Made by a program: the position numbers and the translations under genes. Positions 54,593 through 64,000 of a stretch of DNA of 64,000 bases are shown here, piece by piece (positions within the stretch are counted from its first letter, which is position 1; the number at the start of each line of letters is the position of its first letter). A model generated the notes under the pieces. It did no database searches. It saw only the letters and a program-made list of their open reading frames with translations, and was not told the origin of the DNA. Origin of the DNA: Bugula neritina (lineage: Eukaryota; Animalia; Bryozoa); assembly GCA_964035545.1 (NCBI GenBank), contig OZ037766.1, positions 29,762,640 to 29,826,639 of the forward strand, read 5' to 3'.

Positions 54593-56710
54593 ATGAGTGA
54601 AAAGGGAGACAGAGTAGCGCAAGTGGTTCAATGTCATTCATGGCTGCATGGCTTTACCATTTTTATGTTATGTGGAAGTTTGATAGCCAATGTTGTTATC
54701 CTGAACTACCTGCTTGATAAATCTAACAAAGTGAGTATTGTATACAACTCTCTGAGGATAATTCTTTGAGTGTAAAATAAACAATCCTAGAGAACCTCAC
54801 AAAAATCAATAATTTTATCTATAATTTATTGAACAAAATATTTCCTACAAGCTCTTTAGTATTTATAAGAGTAAAGCTTGCAATCATATGAATTAAACTT
54901 GTAAAGCTATATATATATAAATACATTTAAGACTTTCTCTTACAGTGTAAGTAATAAAGTATAAGTACGTAATTACGTCTGTATTACTGTTTTAAATGTA
55001 TCAAGTGCATGTGTAAATGACTATATAAATTAATATATCAGCTAAGCTTTTATCAATCATTACATAATTTGCTATTCCTGGTATGTTTTAGAATGAGCAG
55101 CGGTTGCAGGGGTTTGTGTCACAGAACAGACAGACAGTAGAGAATGAACACTTTGTAAGTGTGACCTGAAATGTTTTAAATAGCTCAATTGTTGAGCTTT
55201 TACTTGAGTGTACTTTTTATGCTTTTATGTATATATAGTGTTATACATTATTGATTTCAATATAATATGACGCTCTCTTTTAACATACGTACATTTTAAT
55301 TATTTCTGAGTGAAAAAATATATGAATGCTTTTTTGTAATTTATAAGCCTAATGGAAAACTAAATTGATCATGAGTTGCCATTGTAAATTTTAGTATAAC
55401 TTTATTTTAGGCTTGCGTTCTAAGCAAATTGATGTTAATTTTAAAAAAAGTTGCGGAAATATAATTGCTTGCCACAAAAATGATTACATGACCGTATACT
55501 AATTTTTACTAGTTAATTTATAATTTGATTATTCATGTATTCTGAATTCTTTGCACTAGTATTTAGCTGACAAGAAAACAGGTCGTTGCATGTATTAAAA
55601 AAAAGCTACAGCAAGCAAGTTCGGAATCAAGTATATATCGTTTAAGCCTTTGTTTCTAAAAAAGACTCAAATATTTAAAATAAAAACTTAATGAAAAACC
55701 TTAATATATTCTTTGCCTCTAATTTCATTTGCATTAGTACAACGTAAGCACTGCCATTATTAGTTTGATAATGTGTTTGGAAAACTTGATGGGGGCTTGC
55801 AGTTTAAAAAAAAGATTTGTTTTTAACAAATGTAAAGAAGCTTATTGGTCGATTGTTATGTAGCCCCACCCCTCCCCCCTCTTGTGTTTACTCTTACAGA
55901 AACAGAAAAATAGGCTGAGCCTTAACGCTATAGTTTTGTTTTAAACTGTAAAGTATAAAGCATGTATTTAAAAGAAAAGTGCATTTTGTAAATTTATAAT
56001 ATAAAAAATTTAAAAAACAAGTTTCTATAAGTGTTTTCACAATTTTTAGAGCAGAGTCAAAAGAAGAGCTCCTCCACCTTGCACATGCCCAGCCGGGACT
56101 CGTGGCCCACCTGGGCTACCTGGACCACAAGGTTCGATCGGACATCCTGGTGCTCAAGGACCTGCAGGTCCAGCTGGACCAGCCGGAACTCCTGTAAGTA
56201 AATCAATTATAACTAGGACTATAACATGCGCTTGGAGTATATTCAAAGTTTCTATTGTTTGCATGTTTCTTTGTAAATTTCAATTGGTAGCTGCTTCTGC
56301 CGGCAAATCCTTAGTTGCTTAATTTGAATTACAAAAAATATTTTTAGAAATTTACCGTACAATTACAGCTTATCGGTAACACGTCCAAAACTGTGTACTA
56401 TAAAAGTTTATCTGATATATTATTTAAATAGGGTCAACATGGTGCAGTTGGTCCAATGGGACCGAAAGGAGACAAAGGGGATCAAGGATTTAAGGGAGAG
56501 AGCATTATAGGGCCACAGGGTCTGCCTGGGTTACCTGGTGCTCAAGGTGCGCAAGGTGCTGCAGGATTTCCAGGGCAACAAGGAGAAATGGGATTAGCTG
56601 GATTGCCTGGTTTAGCTGGCTCAAGAGGTCGCCCAGGCTCAAATGGAAGAAGAGACCTAAGAGGCAGAAGAACCTTTAGAAACAGAAGACGTCAAAGACC
56701 AAGAAACTAA
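54593..56710 (+). CDS. Collagen gene A copy 5 (divergent, 207 aa)
   Basis: Exons 54593-54730, 55092-55154, 56050-56193 ([15 protein letters not shown] + 11 triplets, two fewer than copies 1-4), 56432-56710 (tail RRDLRGRRTFRNRRRQRPRN). TATAAAA at 54177-54183, non-coding exon donor at 54254. Confidence 0.86.
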
Positions 56711-57045
56711 TTTGCGGACAATAATCTTTACAGTATGTTTTTAATTAAAACTGTGTGAATGAAATTTTGTCAGATCAGCAATTATAGGCTAGTCATAATC
56801 TAGCAGAAAACATACTTGAAAAGTTTCATGCTATTTGTTTATCACGTTTATATTGTGTCTAAAAATAAATGGCATTTTTGAGAGGAATTACACTGGTTTC
56901 AAACCAAGTATTTCGTTACCATTAAAGCATTTTAAAAAATGTGGATTTTGACTTGATTCAGTCATAGTCATTCACACATTTTAAGACAGTTTTTTTCAGT
57001 TAATTACATCCATTTAATTTCACATGATTAGTGAGTAGTGTGCGG

Positions 57046-57049
<4 letters not shown>

Positions 57050-57113
<64 letters not shown>
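57050..57113. repeat. (TA)n microsatellite
   Basis: Pure run 3' of gene A copy 5. Confidence 0.97.
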
Positions 57114-57116
<3 letters not shown>

Positions 57117-57416
57117 AATTTCAAAAATAGCATAAACTAGGTAGTATTATTATGCCTATTTGCATCCAGTTTACTATTCTTACATTTATAGCAACTGTTA
57201 TGTATTTTGTGTAAGATGGTTATTGCAAGCATTATTCAATTAGCATTTGTGTCTGCACATCTATCTTTATATCCACTTTATATAACTTGATCTTTTGCAT
57301 GTAACCACCGGAATAGCTGTATGCCTTCTGGCCAAGCTTTTTCTTGGCTATAGCTATAGGGTGCTGTCAAGATTGCCACTCTATCTTACAAAGTAATTGG
57401 TATACTTCATCTCTCA

Positions 57417-57482
57417 ATAATTGTTACTGTGTCAGCCGATAGTGGTTACTGTATCAGCTCATAATTGTTGCTGCGTCAGCAC
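57417..57482. repeat. 22-bp imperfect tandem repeat x3
   Basis: ataattgttactgtgtcagccg / atagtggttactgtatcagctc / ataattgttgctgcgtcagcac. Confidence 0.7.
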
Positions 57483-58674
57483 GGATGCTGTTTGGCACGG
57501 ATGCCTATATGTATTGTGATTCACTTAATGAAGAGTATATGGATGGAGGACACAGATGCAGGCCACAACTCTATTTTTTGTCTATTGCCAACAGCATATT
57601 TTCTAAGTTAGACTTAAACTTGAGCTCACATTCATACTTAGACTCATACTGTAACCTATAACCATGGAAATTACAAACATATTGTTAGCTTAACATTAAT
57701 TACATAGTTGACAAATCATTTAGTTAATGAAGTTCAAAACAAAAAATAATATAATACTTGATACTTACAATTATTTTGACAATTAAGTATAGATTGCCTG
57801 CATCTTTAGCAGGAGGAAAACTGAGCTACACTGACTCATCTACCAAAAACTGTCAGTAAATAGCTTTCACAAATAGCTTTCGTTATGCAATGATTTTTGG
57901 AAGGCTGCCAAAAAGCCACTGCAACAGTATATTCACATTTTCATCACAGCGAAGCTTAAACTTTATAGCTTCGTATTTACGTGCACGAATGAGTTTTAAA
58001 TTTTTTCTTAATCTTATTTGCATAAAAACTGTTTTTAAAAGCTTTAACAATAAACAAAACTAAAAAAAATGTACACATAAAATTAAAAAAAATTATGAAA
58101 TAACAAAAGTGGCAAAGTTTTTCCTTCACAATTTATATTAACTCGCATTACAGCGGTAACAGCATAATGACTTTTCATGCTCTAAAGTCAACACTTTTAT
58201 GTATACTACTCTGATTATAGTCAATCACAGGCTTTGAACGATTGAAATACAATGCTTTCATTTATAATCTAAAAAACTGCTTGATGTGAAAAAAATGCTT
58301 TAATTACCATAGGTATATAGTTTACAGATGCTTGGTTGCTTACACCATTTATTATATTTCATATCTTACATGATCATGAATATGATCATTGTGCATCATT
58401 ATTTAGGAAGATAAAAGGAAAATAATATATTTACAGTAATATTATCAATGAGAAAGAAGTCTTACTAATTTTTTTGAGTGAAATCATCTGTGTAACAATA
58501 CACCAAAATCTAGTAAGCGCAAGCGTTAGAAGTTCCATAGCTCAGGTAATTGGGTATATTAGATTATATTAGCATATATTGTTTTATTCACATGCAATAA
58601 TCACTGACAAGAAGTGCAATCAATTATTTTCCAATTAGTGAAAGAGTTTCTATTAAGCAAGATTGCTAACAATC

Positions 58675-58698
58675 GTTGCTATGAGAAACGAGTAAACA
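58675..58698 (+). promoter_or_regulatory. X-box-like + Forkhead composite upstream of gene C
   Basis: GTTGCT-ATG-AGAAAC followed 2 nt later by GTAAACA, in sequence not otherwise alignable by eye to the gene A promoter. Confidence 0.45.
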
Positions 58699-60348
58699 AT
58701 CAAATAATTTCCTGAAGTCTTCCAAAATTAGCTGATTGCTCTTAGTAAATTACTAGTAATTTCACAAATTAATATATATTTTTATTGTAATTAATGATAA
58801 AATTATATTTAATGCTTTGTATTTATAAACTTTATATAATTTATACTGTAGCTTACAAATAAAATAAAATAATGCTACAATTTTTAATACCATGCACCAT
58901 CATTTTACATAAACTATTAAAGATATATTTTAAATATCTTCTGTACAAGCTTTTCAATCTGTGAATGCATTAACAATTGTTACTTATATAAACTGTAACT
59001 ACTTTTCTCATTTTGAGATGATTGAATAAATAGAATATTTGGATGCAGCAACTTCTATGTTTCGTGTTTTTAAAGTGTGTCTTTTTTCAACAAAAATATA
59101 AAAACTGCCTCAGGTTTCATGACATTATGACTAAAATATGAATGCAATTGTCAATAGCTGGTGCATGATGAGTATTAGAATTATATATTACTATACTACA
59201 AAGACAATTTGAATCGATTTTATTAGTTAAAATTGCAGAAGTCTGTTTGCGCAGTGTAAACTATTAGCTGTGGCTGGCACACATTGCTTTCAGATTAAGA
59301 CAATTTTTGTAAAATTTCACAACTTTAAGTATATGATTTGCTAAATCTACATTGTATATGGCAGTTTCAAATATGCACTTTGACACATTTTACTTTAAAA
59401 TTTTGATAATTTTTAAGCAGAATTTAGGCTTATTTCAGTTTTTAGAATAAAATTTTAATGTAATAATTAGGAGTCCCTATAGTTATTATATTTGTAAAAA
59501 ATATAAGTTGAAGTTATATGCTCCTAATTAGAAACGCCCTGAATTTATCTATAGAAGTATTATTAAACCTTCTACACTTAAATTCTATACATTCAAAGTC
59601 ATTGCTTAACATTACAAGCTTGATCAATAATAAGTCTTCAGGAAACTAACGTTTTCAATCATGTATTATTTTTATTCTGGAATATTTTATAGATCTCAAA
59701 GCTAGCATGTTACATATAGAAAGGATTTACATGCATATCTTGAGGTACATGTTTATGGCATGAAAATATGTATATCGGTAGGCTATATATGTTAGAGAGT
59801 TCCTGGCAAAATATACGTTAGCTGATGACAAAAATATACAAGGATGACAAATATATAATAGAGTTACATTGATGATAAATTCATGCTTCATTTATTACAA
59901 TGTAATTTTTGACATGCTATTTCAAAGGATAAGATCAAACAAAAAGATTTGTAAATGTACACAATGGAAACTTTCAATAACTTAACTACCCAAATCCAAA
60001 CTTGTATAGAACCTAAAAATTGTTTACGTGATAATATATTGTTTAAAAGTCAAAAGAGATTCAAACTGCAACGGTATTATAATAATATAACATGTGCTTG
60101 CTACTACAGATATTACTGTTCAATTTATTTTACAAGTGTTCATTCAACAAAGTAGGAGATAGAAAGATATAACTGATATCAAGTGCATTTATAACCATTT
60201 TTTCACCAATTGTGAATTATAGTAGTTGAAACATCCACATTGTTTACTTTGCAAGTTATCACTGTATATTAAATATTTAGTAGATATACAAGAAGCAACT
60301 CATATTCGGGTAGTTTTTTTGCTAGAATTTTTATTCACCGAGTCTAAA

Positions 60349-63891
<3,543 letters not shown>

Positions 63892-64000
63892 GTAAATATG
63901 AAAATTTCAAACTCTTCAATGTTTCATTTGCAATTATTTTCTGGATACATTACTTTATACAGCAATTTATTATTGTGATGTTTGCTAAGATATTGCTAAA

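Overview
AT-rich genomic DNA from an animal (GT-AG introns, microsatellites, Penelope-like retroelement relics); the organism cannot be named from the sequence alone. The window is a tandem cluster of intron-containing, + strand genes for small type II transmembrane collagens. The ORF track shows these only as fragments. Splicing them by eye gives one shared architecture: short cytosolic N-terminus, one hydrophobic signal-anchor, a short juxtamembrane exon, an exon opening with a furin site (RVKR / RHKR / RTKR), a Cys pair (CTC / CSC / CxxxC), Gly-X-Y repeats, and in the complete genes a Lys/Arg-rich tail rather than a globular domain. There are five copies of gene A (207-211 aa; four in a ~10 kb-period array at 3.4-36 kb, one at 54.6-56.7 kb), one gene B (~307 aa, 37.3-40.3 kb), the 5' part of a longer gene C (60.3 kb onward, running off the window), and at least five collagen pseudogene fragments. 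The R-x-K-R-x-AP-x-x-C-x-C-P-A-G-P junction resembles the MACIT collagens (XIII/XXIII/XXV), but the A and B proteins are much shorter. Upstream regions carry a recurring RFX X-box + Forkhead + GC/GT-box composite and a duplicated TATA-less copy of the promoter. The 41-53 kb interval holds an intact tRNA-Gly(TCC) and an inverted decayed copy of it (part of an inverted tRNA+collagen duplication with reciprocal loss), two Penelope-like GIY-YIG relics, a ~1 kb direct repeat containing a 100-bp palindrome, and a 980-bp (TG)n tract. All gene models are manual and lack transcript support.
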